Assembly (NCBI GenBank): GCA_964246985.1
Contig: CAXTSE010000016.1
Location: forward strand, 602 to 64,601
DNA from: an uncultured Microbacteriaceae bacterium
Lineage (GTDB): Bacteria; Actinomycetota; Actinomycetes; Actinomycetales; Microbacteriaceae
Direction of reading: 5' to 3'
Length of the DNA: 64,000 bases
The position numbers were made by a program, and so were the translations under genes. The notes beneath the pieces are model-generated. The model did not search any database, had not been told where the DNA came from, and saw only the letters and a program-made list of their open reading frames with translations. Positions 8,417 through 17,576 of this stretch are shown in pieces (the stretch's first letter is position 1; the number at the start of each line of letters is the position of its first letter).

Positions 8417-9742
8417 TCAGGCTGCGTCGATCGGCACGACGCGACGGATCGCGAAGAACGCCGACACGGCCGTGACGGCCGACATCACAGCCAGGACGAC
8501 GCCCGGATGCCACCACGCGTACCCGGTCGCCTCGCCGAACGAGAGGGTGATCGCGGGCACGAAGCCCGAGATGATCGCCGCGATGCTGTAGGCGAAGGAG
8601 ATCGCCGCGTAGCGCAGACGCCCGCCGAAGAGCTCCGCGAGCAGGCCGCCGAGGGCGGCCCAGCTCATCGTCGGCAGGATGCCGCCGATGATCATCATCC
8701 CGACCAGCACCGGGAAGCTCGCGGTCTGCAGCAGGAAGTAGATCGGGAAGGCGACGACGAGGGTGCCGATCGCTCCGATCAGCACGACCTTCGCCGACCC
8801 GATCCGGTTGGCCAGCACGCCGAACAGCGGGATCGTCACGAGCTGCAGTAACCCGCCGATCGTCGTCGCCAGCAGCAGGTCGTTGTACGAGAACCCGAGC
8901 TGCGACGCGCCGTAGTTGAGCGTGTAGGTGTTCATCAGCGAGTACGACCCGATACCGAGCAGCGCGGCTCCCGTCGCCAGCAGCATGGCCAGCGGGCGGG
9001 TGCGGAACGCGGCGAGCAGCGGTACGCGCTCGCGCCTGCCCTCGGCGACGAGTCCCCGGAACACCGGCGTCTCGTCGATCTTGAGGCGCAGCCAGAGCGA
9101 CACCGCCAGCATCGGGAAGGCGATGAGGAACGGGATCCGCCAGCCCCACGAGAGGAGGTCGTCCGCCGACAGCAGCAGCGGGAGCGCGAGGTACAGGCCG
9201 GCCGTGAGGATCGATCCGATCGGCGATCCGAGCTGGGGGATGGCCGCGTAGAACGCGTGCTTCTTCACCCCGGCGTGCTCTGTCGCGAGCAGGATCGCGC
9301 CGCCCCACTCGCCGCCGAGCGAGATGCCCTGCACGAGGCGCAGGGTCACCAGCAGGATCGCGCCCAGGTAGCCGGCCGTCGCGAAGTCGGGCAGCAGGCC
9401 GATGAGCCCGGTGGCGACACCCATGATCGTGATCGTCACGATGAGGGTGTTCCGGCGTCCGATGCGGTCGCCGAGGTGTCCGAAGACGATGGCGCCGAGC
9501 GGCCGGGCGACGAAGCCGAGGGCGCTGGTCAGGAAGGCCGCGAGGGTTCCGCCGAACGCACCGAGCGGCTCGAAGAACAGCGGGCCGATGAAGAACGCCG
9601 ACAGGTAGCTGAAGACGTAGAAGTCGTAGGACTCGAGTGAGGTTCCGACGAGCGATGCCCAGAGAACGCGCCGCGCAGAGCGGGGAGTGGTCTGGACCGT
9701 GGGAGACGTGGTTGGCACTTTGCCACTATCCGTGATGGTCAC
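8417..9742 (-). CDS. MFS transporter, metabolite:H+ symporter (MHS) type
   Basis: SLESYDFYVFSYLSAFFIGPLFF and GHLGDRIGRRNTL motifs, about 12 TM, 441 aa. GTG start. Confidence 0.9.
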   Translation of the reverse strand: MTITDSGKVPTTSPTVQTTPRSARRVLWASLVGTSLESYDFYVFSYLSAFFIGPLFFEPLGAFGGTLAAFLTSALGFVARPLGAIVFGHLGDRIGRRNTLIVTITIMGVATGLIGLLPDFATAGYLGAILLVTLRLVQGISLGGEWGGAILLATEHAGVKKHAFYAAIPQLGSPIGSILTAGLYLALPLLLSADDLLSWGWRIPFLIAFPMLAVSLWLRLKIDETPVFRGLVAEGRRERVPLLAAFRTRPLAMLLATGAALLGIGSYSLMNTYTLNYGASQLGFSYNDLLLATTIGGLLQLVTIPLFGVLANRIGSAKVVLIGAIGTLVVAFPIYFLLQTASFPVLVGMMIIGGILPTMSWAALGGLLAELFGGRLRYAAISFAYSIAAIISGFVPAITLSFGEATGYAWWHPGVVLAVMSAVTAVSAFFAIRRVVPIDAA

Positions 9743-9825
9743 AAGGAGCAGAGCCTAGTCGCGACCGTATTCATTCCCGGACCGCGCGCCACTCCGGCAG
9801 CGCGGTACGACATCGGTGACGGAGG

Positions 9826-10842
9826 TCAGTGACGGATCGCGTCGACCAGCTCGCGCAGATGCGGTGTCGGCTCGATGTCGAGCGCGGCGCGCAGCTCGTC
9901 GCTGTACCGCGCGAACACCTCGAGGGCCTCGGACTGGTTCCCTTCGGCGAGGTGCACTCTCATGAGGGTGTGACGCGGGGACTCGCGGAGCGGGTCGATC
10001 CGCACCGCAGCCGCGGCCGCGCGCTTCGCCTCGCCCAGCCGCCCGGCGTCGAGGAGTCGCTCCGAGGCGCGCTCGAGCGCAGAGAGGCGCAGACTGCGCC
10101 ACGCCGTGTTCTCGTCGAGGATCCAGTCCTCGAACCAGTCGGGCAGCACCTCGGTGGTCAACGTCGTGATCGTCGTGGAGGACAGATCCTCGGACGACAG
10201 GGTCGCGTCATCGAGAAGGCGATGCGCCAGTTTGCGGGCCTCGATCAGGTCGACGGTCACCGTCTGCGTGAAGGCGAGTGTCGCCGACACGGCGACGATG
10301 CAGGCACGCGTCTCGGGATCGAGTCGAGCGAGGGCGGAGCGGAGACTGACCGCCGACTTCTGGGTCGACACATCGGGCCACATGGCGTTGGCGAGGGCGA
10401 TGCGCGACACGGTACGGTCGTGCAGGGCGAGGAAGATCAGCAGACGCTGGGATCCGACGGGCAGACCCGTCACGACGCGTCCGTCGACCGAGATCGAGAA
10501 CCCCCCGAGCACCGACAGCTCGATGTGGGCGGGCGGTTTCGCGATGATCTGAGCGACTCCCGGAGGCGGGGCGGTCTCGGCATCCGTGGTGAGCCAGCGG
10601 TCCTGCCAGAGCCCGAGGGCGGTGACGGTCTCGTGCAGGTCTCGGCCGTGATCGGTGAGCAGGTAGTGCGGAGCGTCGTCGATGGTCCGGCGTTCCATGA
10701 GGCCGGCATCGACCAGATCGTCGAGACTCGACATCAGCAGGTGGGGCGGGATGTCGAGTGCGGACCCGAAGTCAGCGGCACGCGTGATGCCCTGTTCCAG
10801 TGCGGCCGAGACGACGCCCAGTGCCCAGATCCCGAGTTGCAT
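9826..10842 (-). CDS. transcriptional regulator: HxlR-like wHTH fused to a SARP-type (OmpR-like DNA-binding + BTAD) module
   Basis: N-terminus ...LDIPPHLLMSSLDDLVDAGLMERRTIDDAPHYLLTDHGRDLHETVTALGLW (HxlR pattern). Middle IELSVLGGFSISVDGRVVTGLPVGSQRLLIFLALHDRTVSRIALANAMWPD (SARP DBD). C-terminus DWFEDWILDENTAWRSLRLSALE...DPLRESPRHTLMRVHLAEGNQSEALEVF (BTAD). Confidence 0.8.
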   Translation of the reverse strand: MQLGIWALGVVSAALEQGITRAADFGSALDIPPHLLMSSLDDLVDAGLMERRTIDDAPHYLLTDHGRDLHETVTALGLWQDRWLTTDAETAPPPGVAQIIAKPPAHIELSVLGGFSISVDGRVVTGLPVGSQRLLIFLALHDRTVSRIALANAMWPDVSTQKSAVSLRSALARLDPETRACIVAVSATLAFTQTVTVDLIEARKLAHRLLDDATLSSEDLSSTTITTLTTEVLPDWFEDWILDENTAWRSLRLSALERASERLLDAGRLGEAKRAAAAAVRIDPLRESPRHTLMRVHLAEGNQSEALEVFARYSDELRAALDIEPTPHLRELVDAIRH

Positions 10843-10987
10843 TCCCGACCCCCTGAGCCGAGATTACGACGCAGGGGACGGATCCGTCCGCCCCCCGTCG
10901 TGGGGGTTGCATCTGGACGGATCCTCCGCGTCGAGGGTGTATCGGCGGCGCCCAGGGGATCGACGCCGCCGACAGCTGTGGGGGCGA

Positions 10988-12124
10988 TCATCGGATCGTC
11001 TGGCGCCGACGGCCGACGATGAGCACGAGTCCGCCGAGCAGGATCAGTGCCGCGGCGCCGGAGGCGACGGGCAGCAGGTCGGCGTCGGACCCGGTGGCGG
11101 CGAGCGCTCCAGGTGCCGCCGCGCGGGCACCGGGCGCCCCCGCAGCGGATCCCGCGGTCACTCCGGTCGCGCCGGTTCCGCCGGTGACAGAGGTGCTGCC
11201 GCCGGGAGCGGCCGCACCGGCGACGGTCGGGGTGCCGGTTCCACCGGTGCCCCCGGTGCCGGTTGTCGGGGGAGTGGTCGTCCCGCCCGTTCCGGTCGTC
11301 GGGGGTGTCGTGGTGCCGCCGGTCCCGCCGGTGCCGCCCGTGCCGCCGGTCGTGCACGACGCGGGCCGCGCGATGTCGTTGGTGTCGAGGGTGACCGCGC
11401 CGGAGTCGGTCATCGCACCGGCCAGCAGCCGGCCGATCACCGAGGCGTTCGTCAGGGCCGAGATCGAGGTGTCGGCGAGCACGGTCCCGACGAAGTCGGC
11501 GTCGGTGCCGATCGTCGCGGAGCTGCCGACCTGCCAGTACACGTTGCAGGCCTGCACCTCGCCGAGCAGGGCGACCTGGCTGCCCGCGTTCATCGTGAGC
11601 GTGCTGCCCACCTGGAAGACGAAGACGTCGTCGACGGCGCCCGTCAGCTGCAGCAGGCCGCCGACCGAGAGGTCCATCGAGGTCGCGGTGTTGTAGACGC
11701 CGGCGGTCAGGGTCAGCCCGTTGAGGTTGGAGGTCACCGGGATGGTCGGTCCCTGCCCCTGCAGGTCGAGGTAGGCGGCCCGGAGGTCGTTGCGCGCGTT
11801 CAGGGCGGCGCCGTCGGCCGCATGGATCGCTCCGCTCACGGAGCCGTTGCTCGGGGCGGGTCCGCCGAATCCGGTGATCGACGAGAGGTTGCCGGGATGG
11901 AGACCCATGTCGCCGGTCAGGACCGTGGCGCCGGTGCTGCTGATGCCCGCCGCGGCGAACACCGCGTAGCTGTCGACGTTCCCGAGTGTCGGTGCGGTCG
12001 CCGCCTGTGCGGCACCGGCGCCGAGCGGCCCGACCACGATCAGCGCGCTGAGCGCGAGCGCCCCCGCGGCGAGCCCGCCGCCCCGAGCGGTACGTGTGCG
12101 GATGAGTCCCTGTGAAGCGTTCAT
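10988..12124 (-). CDS. cell-wall-anchored DUF3494 / ice-binding-like family protein (LAATG sorting signal)
   Basis: Signal peptide ...GPLGAGAAQAAT. DUF3494 hallmarks SYAVFAAAGISSTGATVLTGDMGLHPGNLSSITGF, LTAGVYN, VFVFQVGSTLT, NVYWQVGSSATIGTDADFVGTVLA, GRLLA..GAVTLDTN. C-terminus LAATG + hydrophobic stretch + GRRRQ. ATG 12124 with GGGGGA upstream. Confidence 0.85.
   Translation of the reverse strand: MNASQGLIRTRTARGGGLAAGALALSALIVVGPLGAGAAQAATAPTLGNVDSYAVFAAAGISSTGATVLTGDMGLHPGNLSSITGFGGPAPSNGSVSGAIHAADGAALNARNDLRAAYLDLQGQGPTIPVTSNLNGLTLTAGVYNTATSMDLSVGGLLQLTGAVDDVFVFQVGSTLTMNAGSQVALLGEVQACNVYWQVGSSATIGTDADFVGTVLADTSISALTNASVIGRLLAGAMTDSGAVTLDTNDIARPASCTTGGTGGTGGTGGTTTPPTTGTGGTTTPPTTGTGGTGGTGTPTVAGAAAPGGSTSVTGGTGATGVTAGSAAGAPGARAAAPGALAATGSDADLLPVASGAAALILLGGLVLIVGRRRQTIR
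11261..11326 (-). repeat. 33-bp in-frame tandem repeat x2 inside a Gly/Thr/Pro linker (TTPPTTGTGG)
   Basis: ggttgtcgggggagtggtcgtcccgcccgttcc / ggtcgtcgggggtgtcgtggtgccgccggtccc, flanked by GGT/ACC-rich sequence 11230-11352. Confidence 0.8.
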
Positions 12125-12167
12125 GATTCCCCCGAATCGGTTGTGATGAGCAGTGTGCGACCGACCC

Positions 12168-12200
12168 CGTGACGGAAGCGTGACGAACGCGTGACGGCCG
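12168..12200. promoter_or_regulatory. three CGTGACG heptamers with exact 11-bp phasing (SARP-type binding-site architecture)
   Basis: cgtgacggaag / cgtgacgaacg / cgtgacggccg starting at 12168, 12179 and 12190. They lie 44-76 bp upstream of the DUF3494 ATG (minus strand) and just upstream of TAGAAT at 12212-12217 (plus strand). Confidence 0.5.
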
Positions 12201-12223
12201 CGCGCATCCGATAGAATCGGGAG

Positions 12224-12376
12224 CACGACAGCGATCCGGCCATCACCGGGGAGTCGCCGGAAGAACGGGCCCCGGCCTCACTAGAACCGGACTGAATGAA
12301 GTGGCGGGGCGACCCGCAATCGAGGTGGTACCGCGGCTCACGTCGTCCTCGGATGAGAACATCCCAGAGGAGACAG
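12224..12376 (+). promoter_or_regulatory. T-box riboswitch leader (Ile specifier, SD-sequestering translational type)
   Basis: T-box consensus AAUCGAGGUGGUACCGCG at 12318-12335. Preceding hairpin GCGGG-GCGA-CCCGC at 12304-12317. AUC at 12234 and AUCA at 12242. UCCUCGG (12346-12352) is complementary to the SD region CCAGAGGA (12364-12371). -10-like TAGAAT at 12212-12217. The 5' boundary is approximate. Confidence 0.8.
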
Positions 12377-15300
12377 ATGTACCCGTCCATCCCCGCCAGT
12401 CCCGACCTCCCGCAGATCGAGCGCGGCATCCTCGCCTTCTGGAAGGGCGACGACACCTTCCGTGCCTCCGTCGAGAACCGCGCCGGATGCGACGAGTGGG
12501 TCTTCTACGACGGCCCGCCCTTCGCCAACGGCCTTCCCCATTACGGGCACCTGCTCACCGGGTACGCGAAGGACCTGTTCCCGCGATACCAGACGATGCG
12601 CGGCAAGCAGGTCGTGCGGCGCTTCGGCTGGGATACCCACGGCCTCCCCGCCGAGCTCGAGGCGATGCGGCAGCTCGGCATCACCCAGAAGCACGAGATC
12701 GAGCAGATGGGCATCGCCGCGTTCAACGCCAAGGCGCGCGAGTCGGTGCTGCGCTACACCGAGGACTGGGAGGAGTACGTCACCCGTCAGGCGCGCTGGG
12801 TCGACTTCGAGCACGACTACAAGACGCTCGACGTCTCGTTCATGGAGAGCGTGCTCTGGGCGTTCAAGACCCTCTACGACAAGGGACTCGCCTACGAGGG
12901 CTTCCGCGTGCTGCCCTACTGCTGGAACGACGAGACCCCGCTGTCGAACCACGAGCTGCGCATGGACGACGACGTCTACAAGATGCGCCAGGACCAGTCC
13001 GTCACGGTCACGTTCCCGCTCGTGGGCGAGAAGGCCGAGGTGCTCGGGCTCACCGGTGTGCAGGCCCTCGCCTGGACGACCACGCCGTGGACGCTGCCGA
13101 CGAACGCCGCGCTGGCGGTCGGCCCCGCGATCCGCTACGCCGTCGTGCGCTCGGCCGACGGGGCGGACGAGTACCTGCTGGCCGAGGACACCGTCGGCTC
13201 GTACGTGAAGGAGCTCGGCTACGAGACGCGGGCGGATGTCGAGGTCGTCTCGTCCGTGCAGGGTGCCGATCTGGCGGGGGTGCGCTACGACCCGCTCTGG
13301 GACCACTACCGCGAGCAGTACGGAGAGCACGCGTTCCAGGTGCTCGTGGCCGACTACGTCGCCACCGGCGAGGGCACCGGCATCGTGCACCAGGCGCCCG
13401 CCTACGGCGAGGACGACCAGATCGTGTGCGCTGCCGCCGGCATCCCGGTGATCCTCTCGCTCGACGACGGGGGGCGCTTCCTGAACGCCGTGCCCGAGGT
13501 GGCGGGGCAGCATTGGTTCGACGCCAACAAGCCGCTCACGGCGATGCTGCGCGATGCAGGGCGACTGCTGCAGCAGCGCTCGTACGAGCACAGCTACCCG
13601 CACTGCTGGCGGTGCCGCAACCCGCTCATCTACAAGGCGGTCTCGAGCTGGTTCGTGAAGGTGCCCGAGTTCCGCGACCGCATGAGCGAGCTCAACGAGC
13701 AGATCACCTGGGTGCCCGAGAACGTCAAGGACGGCCAGTTCGGCAAGTGGGTCGGCAACGCCCGCGACTGGTCGATCAGCCGCAACCGGTTCTGGGGCAG
13801 CCCGATCCCGGTGTGGAAGAGCGACGACCCGAACCACCCGCGCGTCGACGTCTACGGCTCGCTGGCCGAGATCGAGGCCGACTTCGGCACGCTGCCGGTC
13901 GACACCGCCGGCGTCACCGACCTGCACCGTCCGTTCGTCGACGAGCTGACCCGCCCGAACCCCGACGACCCGACGGGCCGCTCGACTATGCGGCGCATCG
14001 AGGACGTCTTCGACGTCTGGTTCGACTCCGGCTCGATGCCGTTCGCGCAGGTGCACTACCCGTTCGAGAACGAGGACTGGTTCGCGACCCACAATCCGGC
14101 CGACTTCATCGTCGAGTACATCGGGCAGACGCGCGGCTGGTTCTACGTGATGCACGTGCTGGCGACGGCGCTGTTCGACCGGCCCGCGTTCAAGAACGTG
14201 ATCAGCCACGGGATCGTGCTCGGCAGCGACGGGCAGAAGATGTCGAAGTCTCTGCGCAACTACCCCGACGTGTCGGAGGTCTTCGACCGCGACGGTGCGG
14301 ATGCGATGCGCTGGTTCCTGATGTCGTCCTCCGTCATCCGCGGCGGCAACCTCGTCGTCACCGAGGAGGGCATCCGCAGCGGGGTGCGCGAGCTGCTGCT
14401 GCCGCTCTGGAGCACGTACTACTTCTTCACGCTGTACGCCAACGCCGCCGGCGAGAGCGGGTACACGGCCCAGCGCAGCACCTCGTCCCCGAACGTCCTC
14501 GACCGCTATCTGCTCGCCAAGACCGGCGAGATGCTCGACTCCGTCACCTCCCATCTCGACGAGCTCGACAGCCCGTTCGCGGCGGCGGCGCTCCGCGACT
14601 TCGGCGACGCGCTCACCAACTGGTACGTGCGGCGCAGCCGCGACCGGTTCTGGGTCGGCGACACGTCGACCGACGACGGGCGGGCCGCCTTCGACACCCT
14701 GTACACGGTGCTCGAGACGCTGTGCCGTGCCGCGGCCCCGCTGCTGCCGCTCGTGACCGAGGAGATCTGGCGCGGCCTCACCGGCGGCCGCAGCGTCCAC
14801 CTCGAGGACTGGCCCGACCGCTCCGAGTTCCCGCACGATCCCGAGCTGGTGCAGACCATGGACCGCATCCGCGAGATCGCGTCGGCAGGCAGCGCGCTGC
14901 GCAAGGCGCGCGGCCTCCGCGTGCGCCTGCCGCTCGCGCGCCTGACGGTGGCGATCCCCGAGGCGTCGACGATCCACGCGTTCGTCGACATCCTGGCCGA
15001 CGAGCTCAACGTGAAGGTCGTCGAGCATGAGTCCTTCACGCCCGAGAGTCTGGCCACCCACGGCCTCGAGCAGAAGCTGACGGTCAACGCCCGTGCGCTC
15101 GGCCCGCGCCTCGGCAAGCAGGTGCAGGAGGTCATCCGCGAGGCGAAGGCCGGCAACTGGACGGTCTCGACAGGCTCGACCGACGGTGTCGTCGTCGGCG
15201 GCATCGAGCTGCTCGAGGGCGAGTACACCCTCGACCTCGAGGCGGCCGACGCCGACAGCGCGATCGCGTTCCTGCCCGGCGGCGGGTTCGTGGTGCTCGA

Positions 15301-15571
15301 CACCGCGCTCACCCCCGAGCTCGAGGCGGAGGGTCTCGCGCGCGACGTCGTGCGTGCCGTGCAGCAGGCGCGCAAGGACGCCGGACTCGCGGTCAGCGAC
15401 CGCATCGAGCTCGACCTGGGCGGAGACGCCGCCGCGGTGGCCGCGATCACGGCGCACCGCGACCTGATCGCGGGCGAGACCCTTGCGACGAGGCTCGAGA
15501 GCCACGAGGCTGAAGGGGACGTGCCGGTCGGCACGGGTTCCGCGATCACGATCGGACTGGTGCGCGCGTGA
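12377..15571 (+). CDS. ileS: isoleucine--tRNA ligase (type 2, eukaryote-like as in Actinobacteria)
   Basis: [21 protein letters not shown] (HYGH), KMSKSLRN, 1064 aa. ATG 12377 with GAGGAG 5 nt upstream. Confidence 0.95.
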   Translation: MYPSIPASPDLPQIERGILAFWKGDDTFRASVENRAGCDEWVFYDGPPFANGLPHYGHLLTGYAKDLFPRYQTMRGKQVVRRFGWDTHGLPAELEAMRQLGITQKHEIEQMGIAAFNAKARESVLRYTEDWEEYVTRQARWVDFEHDYKTLDVSFMESVLWAFKTLYDKGLAYEGFRVLPYCWNDETPLSNHELRMDDDVYKMRQDQSVTVTFPLVGEKAEVLGLTGVQALAWTTTPWTLPTNAALAVGPAIRYAVVRSADGADEYLLAEDTVGSYVKELGYETRADVEVVSSVQGADLAGVRYDPLWDHYREQYGEHAFQVLVADYVATGEGTGIVHQAPAYGEDDQIVCAAAGIPVILSLDDGGRFLNAVPEVAGQHWFDANKPLTAMLRDAGRLLQQRSYEHSYPHCWRCRNPLIYKAVSSWFVKVPEFRDRMSELNEQITWVPENVKDGQFGKWVGNARDWSISRNRFWGSPIPVWKSDDPNHPRVDVYGSLAEIEADFGTLPVDTAGVTDLHRPFVDELTRPNPDDPTGRSTMRRIEDVFDVWFDSGSMPFAQVHYPFENEDWFATHNPADFIVEYIGQTRGWFYVMHVLATALFDRPAFKNVISHGIVLGSDGQKMSKSLRNYPDVSEVFDRDGADAMRWFLMSSSVIRGGNLVVTEEGIRSGVRELLLPLWSTYYFFTLYANAAGESGYTAQRSTSSPNVLDRYLLAKTGEMLDSVTSHLDELDSPFAAAALRDFGDALTNWYVRRSRDRFWVGDTSTDDGRAAFDTLYTVLETLCRAAAPLLPLVTEEIWRGLTGGRSVHLEDWPDRSEFPHDPELVQTMDRIREIASAGSALRKARGLRVRLPLARLTVAIPEASTIHAFVDILADELNVKVVEHESFTPESLATHGLEQKLTVNARALGPRLGKQVQEVIREAKAGNWTVSTGSTDGVVVGGIELLEGEYTLDLEAADADSAIAFLPGGGFVVLDTALTPELEAEGLARDVVRAVQQARKDAGLAVSDRIELDLGGDAAAVAAITAHRDLIAGETLATRLESHEAEGDVPVGTGSAITIGLVRA

Positions 15572-17109
15572 GCGACGAGCGTGGCGGCGCATTCGGCGGC
15601 GCCGACGACGAGCTGCCCGACGACCCGTTCGGCGAAGTGTCGGGCGGCGATCTGCCTGACGACCCGTTCGCCGAGCTGACCGGCGGGGACTTCCGATCCG
15701 CCACCATCGGCGGGGTGGCGGCCGACGACGACGAGGCGGATCTCGCCTCCGCGGCCGAATCCGACCTCGAGTTCCAGCCCGCCGCCGACGCCGTCTACAC
15801 CGCCCTCCTCGGGCGCATCGGCGAGGGCACCCCCCGCCCGAGACTCGAGCCGACCCGTCGCGCCGCGGAGCTGCTCGGCGACCCGCAGCGCTCGGCGCCC
15901 GTGATCCACATCACGGGCACCAACGGCAAGACCTCGACCAGCCGCATGATCGAGTCGCTGCTGCGCGCATCGGGTCTCCGTCCGGGCCTGCTGACCAGCC
16001 CGCATCTCGTGCGGCTCAACGAGCGCATCCTGATCGACGGCCGCCCGATCGGCAACGAGGCGCTCTCGCGCAACTGGGACGACATCGCGCCCTACCTCCT
16101 GATGGTCGACGCCGAGCTGGCCGCAGCCGGCGAACCCGAGCTCACGTTCTTCGAGGCGCTCACGGTGCTGGCGTTCGCCTGCTTCGCCGACGCCCCCGTC
16201 GACGTGATCGTGCTCGAGGTCGGCATGGGGGGCGAATGGGACTCGACCAACGTCGCCGACGGTCAGGTCGCCGTGTTCACGCCGATCGCCCTCGACCACA
16301 CGCAGCGCCTCGGCAGCACCGTGACCGAGATCGCGCGCACCAAGGCGGGCATCATCAAGCCGGCGGCCTCGGTCGTGACGGCGATGCAGTCGGTGGAGGC
16401 GATGGACGAGCTGCGCTCGGCCGCCCGGCAGTTCGAGGCCCCCGTCGCGATCGAGATGGTGGACTTCGCGGTCGAGGGGACGACCGTCGCGGTCGGCGGA
16501 CAGCTCGTCGACATCCGCGGTCGCGCGGGCACGTATCGCGACGTCTACCTGCCGCTCTACGGCGAGCACCAGGCCCAGAACGCCGCGGTCGCGGTCGCCG
16601 CCGTAGAGTCGTTCCTCGGCGACGGCGAGCGTGCTCTGGCGGCCGACGTCGTGGCGCAGGGACTCGGGTCGGCGACATCGCCCGGACGCATGCAGCTCAT
16701 CGGCGTCGAGCCGACCGTGCTCGTCGATGCCGCCCACAACCCGCACGGGGCGGCGGCGCTCGCCAGCGCGATCCGCGAGTACTTCGACTTCGACGAGATC
16801 ACGGCCGTGGTCAGCGTGCTCGCCGACAAGGATGCCCGCGGCATCATCGAGGAGCTGGCCCCCGTCGTCGACAGATTCTTCGTGACCGCGTCGAGCTCCG
16901 ACCGCGCGACGCCCGTCGACGAGCTCGTCGAGCTGGTGTCCGAGGTCGGCGGGCCGGATGCGGCGCGCGCCTTCGTGGATGAGCACCAGGCTCTCGCCGA
17001 TGCGCGGGTGTGGGCGTCCGAGAGCCCACGTCGTGCGGTGCTGGTCGCCGGATCCATCACCCTGGTCGGGGACGCCATGCGCATCGCACGCGACGAGGCC
17101 TGGAAATGA
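15568..17109 (+). CDS. folC: bifunctional folylpolyglutamate synthase / dihydrofolate synthase
   Basis: Mur-ligase P-loop [14 protein letters not shown]. Acidic N-terminal extension with duplicated LPDDPF(G/A)E. GTGA overlap with the ileS stop. Confidence 0.9.
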   Translation: MSDERGGAFGGADDELPDDPFGEVSGGDLPDDPFAELTGGDFRSATIGGVAADDDEADLASAAESDLEFQPAADAVYTALLGRIGEGTPRPRLEPTRRAAELLGDPQRSAPVIHITGTNGKTSTSRMIESLLRASGLRPGLLTSPHLVRLNERILIDGRPIGNEALSRNWDDIAPYLLMVDAELAAAGEPELTFFEALTVLAFACFADAPVDVIVLEVGMGGEWDSTNVADGQVAVFTPIALDHTQRLGSTVTEIARTKAGIIKPAASVVTAMQSVEAMDELRSAARQFEAPVAIEMVDFAVEGTTVAVGGQLVDIRGRAGTYRDVYLPLYGEHQAQNAAVAVAAVESFLGDGERALAADVVAQGLGSATSPGRMQLIGVEPTVLVDAAHNPHGAAALASAIREYFDFDEITAVVSVLADKDARGIIEELAPVVDRFFVTASSSDRATPVDELVELVSEVGGPDAARAFVDEHQALADARVWASESPRRAVLVAGSITLVGDAMRIARDEAWK

Positions 17110-17576
17110 GCGGCGACATGAGCGGGTCGGGCAGCCCGGAGGGCGTCTCGCAGCCGTCGTCCCGCCGCTCCCGCCCCCGCCGTGAGCGCTCCGTCACCGA
17201 GTCGCTGCTCTCGATCGTGCTGGTTCTCGAGGCATTCCTGCTGTTCTTCGCGACCCTCACCGCGTTCGGCCTCCGGGTGCTCGAGCCCGAGCTGCCGGCG
17301 TGGGCGGCGCTGCCGATCGGCGGGGCGTTCATCGCGGTGGTGATCATCGCATCCGGCCTGATGCGCTTCTCGTGGGGCGTGTGGGTCGGCTGGGTGCTGC
17401 AGGTCGCGATCATCGCCACCGGCGTCGTCATGCCGATGATGTTCCTCGTCGGGGCCGGCTTCGCCGCCCTCTGGATCTTCTGCTTCGTCAAGGCGCGGCA
17501 GATCGAAGCGTTGAAGAGACGCAACTCTGCTGGACAGAGACCCGCAGGACCGACCCCAGAAGGAGCACCCTCGTGA
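17106..17576 (+). CDS. DUF4233-family small membrane protein
   Basis: Four TM segments. Occupies the conserved actinobacterial position between folC and ndk. ATGA overlap with folC. Confidence 0.75.
   Translation: MSGDMSGSGSPEGVSQPSSRRSRPRRERSVTESLLSIVLVLEAFLLFFATLTAFGLRVLEPELPAWAALPIGGAFIAVVIIASGLMRFSWGVWVGWVLQVAIIATGVVMPMMFLVGAGFAALWIFCFVKARQIEALKRRNSAGQRPAGPTPEGAPS

Noticed and set aside
11200-11360. Short GGT/ACC-rich tandem repeats that might look like a repeat array or CRISPR
   Set aside because: They are in-frame coding repeats (Gly/Thr/Pro linker of the DUF3494 protein). There are no spacers of unique sequence and no cas genes.
12338-15592. 1084-aa ORF antisense to ileS (and the parallel +1 frame ORF 12301..15030)
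   Set aside because: - ileS on the + strand has unmistakable class I synthetase motifs and correct GC3 periodicity.
- The antisense and shifted frames are Arg/Gly/Pro/His-rich with no motifs.
- They are stop-codon-poor shadows of a 70% GC gene.
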